From: Takakia lepidozioides
Lineage: Eukaryota; Plantae; Bryophyta
Reading direction: 5' to 3'
Length of the DNA stretch: 64,000 bases
NCBI GenBank assembly: GCA_030704615.1
Contig: CM060734.1
Span: 44,144,001 to 44,208,000, forward strand
Below the pieces are notes generated by a model. The model worked only from the letters and a program-made list of their open reading frames with translations. It searched no databases and was not told the origin of the DNA. The translations under genes and the position numbers were made by a program. Below are positions 35,209-49,020 of this stretch, piece by piece (positions within the stretch are counted from its first letter, which is position 1; each line of letters begins with the position of its first letter).

Positions 35209-36530
35209 TTTGGCGACCATACTGGGGAACTGAGTCATGAACAACCAGATGTGACAGGCATCTGGTGGGATCATGGTGGTTGGACCATTAAAGAATTTGA
35301 AGTGAATCAAATTCCCTGTGGAACGAAGGAAGAAAGATTGTCCAAACAATTCTTTCAAAGGTTCTTGGAATTGCCAGACGGTTGTAAAGAAAATATTCTT
35401 AAGCGAGTGCATGATGCTGATCCGGAATGGGGTCTGGAGAAAGGAGTGATAAAGATTTATCAGGTAGCCTGTAGAGGAAGAGCACGTTGGTTACCAACGT
35501 TGGTTTATGTGATAGCATTGCTATCCATTAAGCGAGTAGAGTTTGAAGGCTGGGAAGAAAGAAATGTGAATGTTTATACTCATATGCATGAAGAGCTTGT
35601 ACTGGTAAAGAATTGGATTCCAAAGGATATTTTGTGGATCAAACTCACACCAAGAACAGCTTTCCAGACTTGTTTGCCATATGGTTATATGGTAACGGAG
35701 ACTTCAAGTATAGCCAAGGATGCATTGAAGCTTGAAAGAAACCCAGGCATATACGAGAGATATTACAGGAGAGAGTTTTGGTTATTGCCACATTGAAAAG
35801 AAATGAAAGACATGGGACATGAGTGATGAAAGAGAAGCTAGACGCCAGAGATATTCAGCAAAAAGAGAAAGCTATCTGAAAGCTAATTATCCATATCTTT
35901 GGGAGAGAGGAATAGACATAGGGGAATCATCTGGACCTCTCACACCATTAAGATCAAAGAGTACATCACCCATACCGGAAGAACTAGAGTTGGATGCCAC
36001 TCCTTCTGTTTCTTTGCAAGAAAGATTAAGGGAATTGGTACAGGAAGAAGATCAATCACGAGGTGAAAGATCTGAGGTACATCCCTGGATAAAAGATTTG
36101 ACAGAAATCTTTGATAAGAGTTGGCATGGAACACCAAAAGCAGGAACTCCAGTTTCTGAAGCGGAAGGTGAAGAAGGAGAAGAGGATGTGGCAGAGCCAA
36201 CGGAGAGTTCAGACTCTCCAACACCATTACAGTTGAGTTACATGAGTGAAGAAGAAACCCCAAGGGCAGAACTTGGAGGATGAAAACAGAGAGAAGAAAT
36301 TGGAAGAGGAAGAATATGAAGAAGTAGACCCAACAGCTGAGGTTGAGACTACAACCAGGACATCCCAACCCGTTGGACCTGGATCAAGTGGAGCACTTGG
36401 ATCACAGGCCAACGAAGGTGTCGGCTCAGGGGGATCAGGCGGGCGGCCTGGATCTGGCTCTGGGGGGACAGGGAGTGTGGGAAGTAGTGCAACTGAAGCT
36501 GGGAATACTGTGAATATCGTGGGCCAGTAG
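35101..36530 (+). other. Extra coding region upstream of the gag core (ORFs 35101-35796, 35819-36283, 36246-36530)
   Basis: Three abutting ORFs in different frames with protein-like composition; no recognisable family. Confidence 0.5.
35211..35228 (+). promoter_or_regulatory. Primer-binding site, tRNA-Arg-like
   Basis: TGGCGACCATACTGGGGA, 2 nt after the LTR; resembles the TGGCGACTCCACTGGGGA Arg-type PBS. tRNA identity is inferred. Confidence 0.75.
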
Positions 36531-36610
36531 CAGGGAGTGCTCAAGGGCCACCACTTGGTGGAAGATCCACCACAAAAACAACAGGTCCAGAAGGACCAGC
36601 ACCAGCAAAG

Positions 36611-39334
36611 GTGCCAGCACCTGTCAATGGGCAGAAGGTAGGGCCACAGATGGCGTTACAACCAACACGGGCAAAACCACCCTTTCCAATATATTCAGGA
36701 AAATGGGATCCCCATGTACACATTAGCCAATTTGAGCACATGTGTATAGTGAACAATGAGAATGGCGATGATGCCAAGATGAGATTGTTTCCTTGTTCAC
36801 TTATCAAGAAAGCAAGTAAATGGTATGCAAGATTCCCTGATAATCATTTTCTAACATGGAATGGCTTGAGTACAGCATTTCAAAATAGGTTCAGGACAAG
36901 TAAAACTGAGGATGAAGTGTATGGAAGTTTACAACAATTAAAGCAAAAGAAGCATGAAACTGTTGAGGAGTATATGGAAAAGATGGAATTGATGATGAAA
37001 AAGCTGGCTGCAGTACCAGCACCCGGTTTACAGAAGACTTGGTTTGTGAGTGGACTAAGACCAGAGTTGCAAAAGAAAGTGGATATGTTACCCCATAATA
37101 CAGTGGAGGAGGCATTTGAAACTGCAAACAGAATTGAGCAATTGGGAATGCTCAGGAGAGAGAAAAAGGATGATGAGGACTCTGAGGATGAGTCAGATGA
37201 AGAAGAAGAGCAAGAACTAAAAAGGAAGAGTAAGAGAAAGGAGAAGTTGAAGAGGGATAACTATGAAAAAAGATTGGAAGAAATCTTGAAGAAGTATACC
37301 ACAGAGGCTGCAACACATTGGAGGAAGGGTGTATGGTGTGCAAAGTGCCAGAATGAAGGCCATACCACCACAGAATGCCACATGAAGGAGAAACACTGTA
37401 CTATCTGTAAAATGGATAACCATTCTACTGAGAATTGTTACTACAACATAAGGACAGCTGCAAGAGAACCTAGGCAAGTAAGGGTGCATCAGGTGCAGCC
37501 CCAACCAAGAAGAAACAATGATTAGGACCACTATGGTAGGTCTGGTGGTTATAACAATGGCATGGAAGGGAGAGGTAATTCAAGAGGAAATTACCAAGGA
37601 AATTCCAGAGGCAACTATCAGGGTAATCCAAGGGGGAATTACCAGCCCGGGAGTCAGGATTACAGAAATAATCCAAGAACAGACCAAGGGCGAAGACCCA
37701 ATGGTGCAGAACTATGTTACTATTGTAATCAGCCAGGACATCGCAGGGCAGCCTGTTCATTCTGGATAAGACACCAGAATGAGATGAGAGCTCCTGTGAA
37801 TGAGGGCCCAGTGGTGGCAGCTCACATGGTTAGGCCATGTGTTGTACCAGAAGTAAGTACAATGATAGTAACCAGAAGCAAAGCCAAACTAATACCTCCA
37901 GTAGCTGAGGAAGATGATGATAATGAAGATGGCAGTGATATGCCTGAAGATGAAGAGACTTGGAAAGATGAGAAGGAACTGCACAAGGAAGTGGCAGATA
38001 CTATAAGGGAAATGCAGAAGAGTACTGATATTCCTATGGAAGATTCCTCTGATTCTGATGGAGAAGAAGAAGTGAGTGAGGATGAAAGGAAGAAAGAAGA
38101 TGCAGGCATGCAAAGTAATGAAGAGACTTTGGCTGAAGTAATATGCCAGACCAAAGCAGAGATTACCATTGGACAGCTATTAGCTGTGGCACCTTATTGT
38201 AGGCACAGGCTGTATCAAGCAATCAATCGAATTGCCCAGGAGACAGGAAACACAGACCTGAACAGCAAGGTGACCAGTTATAATGTGAAGCTGGAAGGGC
38301 GAGAAACAGTCATGGACTTTGATGATTCTATGCCAGTAATCCAATTGAGAATTGGAAGCACAGAACTAACTGATGTACTGATAGATGGAGGTTCTGGAGT
38401 GAATATCATGACAGACCAATTAAGAAAGAAGCTTGGTCTAAGTAACATGAAACCAGCCCCATTTACAGTAACAATGGCAGATCAAAGAAGTGTACAGCCA
38501 TTGGGATTAATAAGAGGAGTTAAGATACAGATACAGAAGATGATCTTTATGATCACAGTAACTGTGTTGAAGATGGATGAAGTCATGGAGGCTTACTCCT
38601 TATTATTGGGACGTCCGTGGCTGAAACAGGCCAGGGTATTCCATGACTGGAATTCTCAGTTACTAACCGTGCATAATGGGATACACGAGATACAAATTAC
38701 CACAAAGAAATCTAGTAGATTACCTGCTACAAGAAGACCTCGAGGAGTCAGAGAGTATGACTGGAAAGGAAGACTGGATGAGGAGCAGGAAGCTACCCTA
38801 TTTGCTGCACACCCAGAGTGGGAGCAGGTTGCAGAGATGCGGCTGGAAAGCCTAAGTTGTTTAAGATGTATCTGTTGTGGTGTAGTGACAGCAACACCAA
38901 CTGAAGAGGAAACCAGCAGTTACCCATCACATTTCTATGAAGAAAGAGAAGGAGAAATGGAAATCCTAGAGGAACCAGCCACTGTGAGCTTACAGGATGA
39001 AGTGGTGACTGGTTGGACAATCACAGCTGATGAGCAGGTGAGGGAAGTGAATGTGGGAACTAAAGAGGAACCGAGGATGGTGAAAGTAGGAGCTGATTTG
39101 GAGCCGGAATTCTTTGAAGAAGCTAAAAGCTTGTTCATCAAATACAGAGATGTATTTGCTTGGAGCTATGAGGATCTAAAAGGGATACCACCTGAACTCT
39201 GTCAGCATAAGATTGAACTGGAACCAGGGTCAGTACCAATCAAGCAGGCGAGGTACAGAATGAATCCCAACTACGCACAGAAGGTTGGAGAAGAGATTAA
39301 GAAGTTGGCTGAGGCTAAGTTATATACCCAATAG
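36611..39334 (+). CDS. gag: gag and protease (ORFs 36611-37525 and 37562-39334, frameshifted)
   Basis: Retrotrans_gag pattern (LFPCSL..KA.KWY, LKQ...ETVEEY, F.SGL.PEL); CAKC..GH....C, CTIC...H....C and CYYC..GH....C knuckles; protease LIDGGSGVN (Asp codon 38384) and LLGRPWL. Confidence 0.9.
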
Positions 39335-41800
39335 AGTATACAACTTGGTTGTCACCCATTGTTATAGTTCCCAAGAAGAATGGTAAACTAAGAGTATGTG
39401 TGAACTACAAGAAGCTGAATGCTTGTACGAAGAAAGATCCTTTCCCTTTGCCATTCACAGAAGCAGTATTGGACACTGTGGCAGGCCATGAGATGTACTC
39501 ATTCATGGATGGTTTCAGTGGTTATAATCAAGTGCAAGTGGCAGAAGAAGATCAAGGAAAGACAGCTTTCATCACAGACTGGGGTGCTTATGCATACAAA
39601 GTCATGCCTTTGGACTTTGTAATGCACCAGCAACCTTTCAGAGAGTAATAAGTGAATCTTTTCATGAGTATCTGGATGATTTCATGCAAGTGTTCTTGGA
39701 TGATTTCAGTGTGTACAGCTCTAAGAATGAGCACTTACATAAATTGGAGTTATGTCTGGCCAGATGCAGGATGAGAGGTCTGGGCCTGAATCCAGAGAAG
39801 TGTACTTTCTGTGTGAACTCAGGGGTGCTTCTGGGACACATTGTGTGTAAGAAGGGACTTCTTGTGGATCCCAGGAAGACAGAGTCCATTAAAGCCTCTC
39901 CACCACCAGTGAATGTTAAGAGTTTAAGGAGATTCCTTGGGCAAACCAGTTATTACAGAAGATTTGTCAAAAGGTATGCACAAATAGCAGCACCATTGAG
40001 CAAGCTTCTGAAGAAAGATGCAGTGTTTGCCTGGACAGTTGAATGTCAACAGGCGTTTGAGGAACTTACACTGTCAGTAACAACTACACCTGTGCTGATT
40101 AACCCTCACTGGCATGTAGTATTTCATGTTCACTGTGATGCATCAGGAGAAGCGTTGGAGCGGTGTTAGCCCAGAATGTTACAGGAAATATAGATTCACC
40201 TGTGTACTATGCTAGCAGGTTGATGAACAGTGCTGAAAGGAACTATAGCACAACGGAAAGAGAAGCATTGGCAATGATCTATGCAGTGAAGAAATTCAGG
40301 CATTACCTGTTGGCAAGAAGTTTATGTCTATGTGGATCACCAGGCTCTGATATACCTGGTAAAACAACCTCTGATAAGCGGAAGAATAGCAAGATGGTTG
40401 ATAATCTTGCACGAGTTGAGTTCGAGGTTGTTACAAGCCTGGGAGACTGCATCTTGTGGTGGATCACTTGTCACGGTTATCAACAGGAGAACCAGCCACA
40501 GGAATAGATGATCAATTACCAGATGCGAGTCTATTTGCAGTGGAGGTGCAGGGAAGTGCAGATGACGGTTAGATTGGCAGTGGCCAATCAGATACTACCT
40601 TGCTCATGGTCAGTGCCCACCTAGTTATGGTAAGGAGCAGAGGAAGAGAATCGCTATCAAAGCTTTACCTTATACTATGGTAGGAAGCAGAATGTATAAG
40701 CTAGGACCTGATGGAGTACTAAAACGATGCTTGTACCACCATGAAGTAAATAAAGTTTTGGAGGAAGTTCATAAAGGAGTGGCTGGAGGTCATTTTGGAG
40801 AAGAGACTACCAGTAGGAAGATACTACTCGCAGGTTACTGGTGGCCTACTTTGTTCAAAGATGTACATAGTATTGTCAGAGTTGTGATGAATGTCAGAGG
40901 CTAGGACCTTTGCAGAGATCTGGAAGGATGGCCTTGCATCCTACAATGCCTACGGAACCATTTCAAAAATGGGGACTAGACTTTGTTGGACCGATTAACC
41001 ACCCAGCCAAGAATACAGGAACAGGTACATAATTACAGCCACTGATTATACTACGAAGTGGGTGGAAGCTAAAGCTTTGAGGACAACTCAGCCAAGTCCA
41101 CAGCAAGGTTCCTGTATGAGAACATACTTACACGATTTGGCTGTCCCTTAGAATTTATCAGTGATCAGGGAAGTCACTTCATAAATGAGACCATTGAATT
41201 ATTGACTAAAGAATTCATGATTGTGCATAGGAAGAGTACAACATATTACCCACAGGGTAATGGGCAGGCAGAGGCTACCAACAAAATACTATGTACTATC
41301 TTGGCTAAGATAGTCAATGCAAACAGAACGGATTGGGATACAAAGCTGCTGACAGCTTTGTGGTCATACAGGACTTCATATAAAGTCACCACTAAGTATA
41401 CACCATTCCAATTAGTTTATGGTATGGAAGCCTTACTTCAGTGGAATTCCTGTTTACCTACCATGAAACGGAGTGGGGAAAGAGAATGGAATTGCAAGAT
41501 CCATTAAGGTCCGGAAACAATGAATTAATACCATTTGGAAGAAGTCTGCTGATGCAGCTGATAATATGACCAAATTAGATCAAGAGGACGAACGTTTTGA
41601 CAAAAACAATTAAAAACTGTTAAGACGGGAGATTTGGTTCTATGGTTGCAGAAGAAGGGAAAAATTAAAGCTTCTAAGCTTAAATCACCATGGAAATGAC
41701 CTTATGTCATACAAAAGATGTATGATAACAACACCGTCATGTTACAAACCATTAACAAAGAGATGTTGGGAAGAGTCAATGCCAATAAGTGAAGGGGTAC
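39335..41800 (+). pseudogene. pol: RT, RNase H and integrase, multiple single-base frameshifts
   Basis: SPIVIVPKKNGKLRVC, DGFSGYNQ, FLDD (39693-39704), HCDASG, NYSTTERE, GGHFG, WGLDFVGP, SDQGSHF, YYPQGNGQAE. Confidence 0.93.
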
Positions 41801-42846
41801 AGTGGTATCCATGACAAACCCATTGCATCATGATTTGCATGTTGAAACGCAAGAGCAGACACGGGCTGCACTAGTGTTACCAACGGAGTATGGAGCACTT
41901 GTCGCTAGGGCAAGCATATATGACCAGGGCGGGCAGAACAAGCGTGACACAGCCTATCACAGCCTATCAAGACGAAACACAACCTATCACAGCCCAGCAC
42001 AGCGCAACACAGCCTATCACAACCTACCACCGCGTGTCACAGCCTATCACAGCTTACCACAGTGCATCACACCTATCACATATCACAGCGTACCACAGTA
42101 TGACACAGCCTGTCACAGCTCAACACAGCCTACTAGAATTACACGATCCATAGAATCAGTGACAGGTGGGCGCACAATAACTTCAGGAAAATGGCTGATG
42201 GAAGAAAAGACGGAAACCAGTTTAAAAATAGACACGTCGAAGTTAGGACGCGACACACAGCTGAGAAGGAAGTGCAAGAACAGGTATCATCAAGAAAGAG
42301 GACAAGAATGGCCGTCAAAATACCTAATCAGCGCGTCAAATTGGATGAAAGGCGGGCCCATTAATGAATACGGAAAAAGGGGAACGGAACAAACGGCAAG
42401 TACAGAAAAACGAAATTCTTGTCACATATGTGATCCTAGTGGACTATCCAGCAGGGAAAGTCCACTAAAGAAAATGAAATCTAAAATCCAGTCACACAGC
42501 GGTTACAGCCAATAGAAAGCCAGAGAAAGGATCAAGAAATTGGAGGGAAATTAAGCGCAAGAGACGGCGTCGTTCTGAGTAACGGGCGTCTCGACGGGAC
42601 AGACCATCAATGCTATAGCTTGGAAACTATGGAGAACTAACAGACTATACGCTCGCAATATTATACTGACGCAGTGGCATAGACACGAAAGAATAGAGCG
42701 GAGCTTTTTCTCTTGATCGATGCTTGCAAGCCCCGCAGGCTTACAAGAAATTACCCATAGCTTTTTTGTGGCAACCATACGTTTATACTTTGGCACTACA
42801 GGCATTTCTGCAGTTGTTACAGCCAAAACATTTCTGTGGATCTAAA

Positions 42847-45800
42847 ATGAAGAGAGTGAGAGGAATGGAGGAAATCAGGGTGAAGAGCACCACAATTCTG
42901 CAAGAAACAAACGATTGCTACCCACAGGCGATACAGATACTGAAGGAGTTGAGATTGCAAGGATTGCAAAGCATAGATTGGACATTGCACCATAGACAGT
43001 ACATGTTACAATTCTTGCAGAACTTTGAGCCAAAGACAGGAACAACAACGGTGAAGGGAGTTGAATTAGTAATTACTCCCCTATACCTCCAGCAATTGTT
43101 TCGATTGCCAGCAGGTCAGGTGCATGTGGAGGAGCACAGGGCAAGACTGCAAATAGGGACTTATTCCAAGAAGGGAGTTTCTTTAAAACTCAGGGTTATG
43201 CTTGTACCAAGGCCATGTACCCAGGCGGGCTAAAGGAGGTAGGCCAGGTATTGAACGTCTGATTGCCATGAAACAGAACCAACAGTATTTGAGCAGATCC
43301 TTCACGGAGGAAATACTCAAAGCCCTGAAAAGAACAAGAGGTAGAATGGGCGGACATAATGTACAATGCACTGGTAGAGGAGATGAAAAGATTACAAGGT
43401 ACTACCGCAAAGTCTCCTATCATAGTGTCTGGCCCAATCATTGCTCAAATAATTCTTGATTCTGGCATACTTGATGCACAAGAAAGAAATGAGATGGAAG
43501 TGTTTGAGCCAGAAACCACTGCAATGGAAGAGCAAGGCTCTTCACACAGTGAGGGTGGACTAGCAGGGCAACCCGAGACTAAGAGGCAGAGACGGGGAAA
43601 GACTGTAGTGGCGGATCCACTGGCTTCACGGATTCCGCATGATAATGTTTCCCAAGCTCATGTGCAGGAAGGGGCACAGCAGCACAGAGAACTGCTATTA
43701 CTGGAAGCAGGACCTTCAGAGAGAGAAGAGGAAGTTACTTCAGTATCACAACCATCACAGCCAGCTGATCGGCTTGTCACAAGGTTACAAGTTGTCCATG
43801 CAGCTCAACCAGAAATAATTGATTTGGAAAAAGAAGGATTAGATATTCCAACTACAGAACAGATAGTGGCAGAAATTGCGAAGGGGGACCTTCTCTATGA
43901 ATATTCTGGTCTGGTCAAGGAGACAAAGATTCCAGAGGTGCAACAGTTGCCCAATGGAAATCCTGAGGTGCATATAATACACACACCTGTGTCGGAGGTA
44001 CCACAGGTAGAAGGTCATGACACTGCAGCACCGGTGATAGATGAAGTGGTTCAGGAAGAAAATCTGGTGGGACAATGGCCTAAGTGGTTCGTGAGACATC
44101 ACACTGTTGAGGATCAGGGGGAACAGCAGCAACCTCACCATGATTACCCTCAACAGGCAATGCTGATGAGTTCCATAGGCAGGACACTTAATTTGTTGGG
44201 GACTTATGTCAAATCCCATGTTCCAACTACCCAATTGACAGCCTTGAGAGAGGAACTCAGGAAGGAGTTTGAGGCTCGACTAGCCACTAAGTGTGCAAAC
44301 AAGGTCGATGAGGAGGTCACTCTCAAGATGCAGCAGGACTTGGAAAATACAGAAGCGGCTTTGCAATTGGCCAAAGAACAATTGATTGAGGCAGGCCTCG
44401 CGCAAGACCAGTTGCACGAAGCACATAAGCAACAGCTATACCAAATGCAGGTACAACATGAAAGCAAGTTGCAAGAAGTGAATGCACTACATACGGAGTT
44501 GCAGACAGTGCATGACAGGATGGCGATACAATGTGCTACATTCACAACTATGCTTGACCAATCTACAAAAGAAATAAACAGTCAAGCGGAAAAATGTACG
44601 AAAACAGAAGAAGAGAATGTTGAGCAAATGAAACTCATTGTCGATATGAAGAATACAATCTGTCGCAATGAGGATACTTTCAAGCAATACAGGCAGATTG
44701 AAGCTGATCAAGAGAAGCACATCCTGGAGTTGCAACAAACGATCATGGCCAATAGAAAGGAAATCACGGTCAATAACAAGGCTTGGAAGGAAGCCAATAA
44801 TCTACTTGCTGCCTATGCGAATTTGGTTGAACCTCATGCGAAGCGCATGGAGGCTTTGCAACAGCAGTTAGAAGTGTACAAACTAAGAGAGGAGCACACT
44901 CTCAGGGGAACCACAAGCAACTTGGTGGATAACAGCCTTATGCAGGTTTGGTTAGCATAAGGGCCAGTGGAGGGCAAAGCACCACGAAAGCTCACCCAAA
45001 GCGAGATGAATGAGCTCAGACTGCAAGTGCAGAACATTGCCACAACTACTATAGACAATGTCTATAGTAGGATAGCAGAGTTACAGGAGGATGTAGATGG
45101 ACTGCAGACTCAAGTGGAGGACCTCACTTCAAATATCGACAAAAGAGCCTATATCCCTCAGGAACAGCTAATGGCTTCTTATTTGAAAGCCAGAACTTTG
45201 GTTTTTCAGTCTTCACAGGAGGTGCAGGAGATGCCAATGATACAAGAGCCAGTACCACCAACACCACAACAAGTCACTGTACCAGTAGCTGAACCTGTTG
45301 TTACTACAACCACACCACAGCCACAACATCCTGAGGTATGGGGCAATGCTGCTTTTAACCCACCTAAAACTCCAGCTGCAAGGGAGTACAGTAGGGCTAT
45401 GATTATGCCCTTCAACCAAATTCCCATCATGTTGGATTTGGCTTGGAAAGAATTTAGTCCTCCGCAGTCATTCGCACATTACTACCAAATCATGCGTATT
45501 TGGCTGCCAGTGGCAACTAGGACTAAGTTCTTCCGAACAATCGACATATTGAGGATCATCACTTTGCACAATACTGGCATGAGGCAAGTACAATGTTGAA
45601 GGAATTAATTGCCTTCCAAGTTGTACATGGATTCATTTATACCAAGACCAAGGAGGTAGCAAGTATTGTCATGGGATGCGGGTTATACTACGTTGCTTGT
45701 TTTCTGGTACGTTATCACATTGAGCAGCATAAGATGCAATCGCGCTTTCTGAGTTATTCCAGTGGGGATCATTGGGTTTTACCTTCAGTGCCACCTCATA

Positions 45801-46399
45801 TGTACCTATATGAGGCAAAAGTTATGATGCAAAGGGATTCTCAAATTCGTTCATGGTTTCAAGCGGCCTGGAACAATTTGTCAACACAGAAATTCGGCAT
45901 TGATGATATTTTCTATAAGGGACATGTGGCATGTAAATACTTGCACGGTGCACAAGTAATTGGTACCCCACTCACCTGGACAGACAAGGAGCTCAGTGTC
46001 TTCACCAATTTTGCTGTTCAGCGTTTACAGCAACTTGTAAAATATAAACTTCCAGACATGGTAGGACAACATTGTATGCCCCAGAGGATTCCACAAAAAC
46101 TTCGACAATTAAAACACCTGAGAGGCGATGAGGATTCTGATACAACTGTTTCTTCAGCGAATTCTTTTGACATGGGAGAAGACTATGCAATTCAGATGGC
46201 AGAGAAGAAGCGACGGGGGTCTCATATGCCTGAAAGGTTACCTCGATATCAGCCTCCAGAGGGCCTCACTTATCCGGGTAGTGTTCAAACATCTCCGTCA
46301 ACCAGTGACAGACCTCGGGCTCGTACACACAGTCCGCCACGAAACTCTCAACGTCAGAAAGGTGCTCACTCACAAAGGTTTGCTAATCGCAATCAGTAA
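42847..46399 (+). other. Long extra sense ORF 3' of pol, broken by two to three frameshifts and one in-frame stop; central coiled coil
   Basis: ORFs 42724-43233, 43202-43459, 43359-44960, 44967-45599 (same frame as the previous ORF, across one TAA) and 45593-46399; E/Q/K/L heptad-rich middle. Confidence 0.75.
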
Positions 46400-46437
46400 A
46401 CCGTGAGGACACGACTTTTGGAGAGGGGAAGGGGTAA

Positions 46438-47473
46438 TGTTAGAGGACTGTCTGGGACTTAGACACTTATACGGGATCTGTAGGGTACCCTTAATTTTTG
46501 CACAGACTGAGACCAACATGAGCCTTAGGGGTGACAACAGCGCACTGTAGAGGGGGGTTACACAGTCCGTCACAGTCCAACACAGCCCGTCACAGTCGTC
46601 ACAGCCGACACAGCCACACAGCCAGTCACAGCCGACACAGCCAGACACAGTCAGCACAGTTTGTTACAGCCCAACACAGCCATCACAGCCAACACAGCCC
46701 GTCACAGCCGACACAGCCACACAGCTAGTCACAGCCCGACACAGCCAAACACAGTCGCACAGCCAGTCACAGCCCGTCACAGTTTCACACAGCCAATCAC
46801 AGCTTGACACAGCTGTCACGACCATAGGGAACGGAGAGCAGGACAGGGAACGACTGTGGGGAACAACACCTGCAAATGGAACATGTTAGTTCACGGACGA
46901 CGGTTAGTGAGGGAAACGGTTAGAGCCACGGGTAGGAAGATAAAGGGAGAAGCAAGGACTGAGAAGGGGGGATTCTTGGAAGCACTTCACGGGGAGACTT
47001 TTGGTCATGCATGAGAGGGGATCGGGCGGAGAGCAGGAATGGAAGCAAGCATGGAGAGCACGGTGAAGGAGGAGAGATGATTAGTAGATGCTTGTTATAT
47101 GCAAAGCTGTAGTGATATTGTAGAACAGATTAGAGACACAATGGCTTCGGCGTGATACCTGATAAATCATAATCTGATACTTATACGATACAATCACACT
47201 GTGTAGAGAGATCTGAGTGAAGCTGTGGAATGAATGGATGAGTTGATAGAATCCGATAGATTGATGAAGCAAACTGATACTTAATTATCAATAACTAGGT
47301 AGCTAACATGAATGCGGAAAGGAAAACAAATAGGAAACACCCCCATGATACACTAGCTGTAGGTCATGACTGATTGTTCTGAGCGGGCTGAGTACTTAGA
47401 GATTTCCAACTCTTCTATCTTGGAGTTTCCGCCTCGGATAGCGAAGGGATGGGTGAGTAAAAGCCGCGCGACA
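46438..47473 (+). repeat. 3' LTR (1036 bp), preceded by PPT GGAGAGGGGAAGGGG (46420-46434)
   Basis: Matches the 5' LTR, with a longer CACAGC array. Confidence 0.97.
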
Positions 47474-47478
47474 CGTTC

Positions 47479-49020
47479 CATGACACCACATCTTGTTCAG
47501 CCACAGTGTTGAAAACTCCCTGCAAGCATCGCGTTCCACAACACCACATTTCATTCAGCCATATTGTCGAACACTGCCTTTGCATCCTTGATGCTCCCAC
47601 ATTTGGCATACATGTCCCACGAGGGCATTGTTCAGAATGACATCAGATATAATTCCAGCCCTGACAATGTCGCCATGGGCCTCTTTGCCCTTTTCCAGGG
47701 CTGCCAGGCTTGCACACGCATTGCAAACGCACACAAACCTGATGTGGTTGGGCTTCACCCCTTCCTCACGTCCCTGCTGTGCATGCCCTGCAAGCATCAC
47801 GCTCCACGACACCACATCTCATTCAGCCATATTGTTGAAAACTGCCTTTGCATCCTTAATACACCCATATTTGGCATACATGTCCACCAGGGCAGTGTTC
47901 AGAATGACATCTGGTACAATTCCAGCTTTGACGATGTCATCATGGACCCCTTTTCCAGGGCTCCCAGGCTTGCACACATATTGCAAACACAAATGAACGT
48001 GATGTGGTGGGGCTTCTTCCCTTCGTGCATCATTTGCTCATAGGTCTCCAAAGCATTCGTATCACACCCATGCTTGGTAGATCCTCATCTCTATTATCTA
48101 TTTTTGGATACTTTCCTGCTGCCACATGGGCAGTTACTTGTCAAAGTCATTCCAAACCACCACAGATCCACCCAACGAGCTAAATTACAGAATTCAATAT
48201 GCATCTCAGGGCTGAGTCTGATGAGAGGGCAAAACAGGCTGAAATAGGTTGACGAAGAAGGTGCCCTCACCACATTGTCCTTGCTTTTCCAGGGCTCCCA
48301 GGCTTTCATACGCATTGCAAACACAAACAAATGTGATATGGTCGGGCTTCACCCCTTCCACCATCATTTGCTCATAGGTCTCCAAAGCATTCGTACCACA
48401 CCCATGCGCCAACATTATATTCCACGTGATCAAAGATCGTTGAGGCATTCCGTTGAACACTTGGTGAGCATCCATGATGCTCCCGCACTTAACATATATG
48501 TTGACAAGGGTGTTGAGTAGTCTGCTAAATCCACTTTGGATAATGTGAGTGTGCACTTGCTTTCAAGCTTCAAGGCCTTTCATCTTGCACCTATGCAAGA
48601 GACAGACGTACGTATCTGAATCTGCTGAAATGCCTCCTTGAAAACTGCCTTTGCATCCTTAATGCACCCACATTTGGCATACATGTCCACCAGGGCATTG
48701 TTCAGAATGACATCTGGTACATTTCCAGCTTTGACGATGTCGCCATGGGCCTCTTTGCCCTTTTCCAGGGCTGCCAGACTTGCACACGCATCGCAAACGC
48801 AAACGAACGTGATGTGGTTGGGCTTCACCCCTTCCCCCATCATTTGCTCCTAGGTCTCCAAAGCCTCCACCCCACATCCCTGTTGTGCATACCCTGCAAG
48901 CATCGCGCTCCATGACACCACATCTCATTCAACCTGCATATTGTTGAAAATTGCCTTTGCATCTTTAATGCACCCACATTTGGTATTTGGGCTTCACCCC
49001 TTCGCGCATCATTTGCTCAC
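47479..49020 (-). pseudogene. Shuffled PPR fragments
   Basis: P-L-S motifs interleaved with leader/UTR modules. Confidence 0.85.

Larger units (their letters stand above)
34230..47473 (+). mobile_element. Full-length Ty3/Gypsy LTR retrotransposon (non-chromovirus type) with extra 5' and 3' ORFs
   Basis: Two TG...CA LTRs, TSD CGTTC (34225-34229 and 47474-47478), PBS, PPT, gag with CCHC knuckles, protease IDGGSG, RT FLDD, RNase H, integrase; no chromodomain seen. Confidence 0.97.

Noticed and set aside
41802-42515. 237-aa ORF between integrase and the extra ORF
   Set aside because: Largely open because of the stop-poor CACAGC repeat; no domain evidence.
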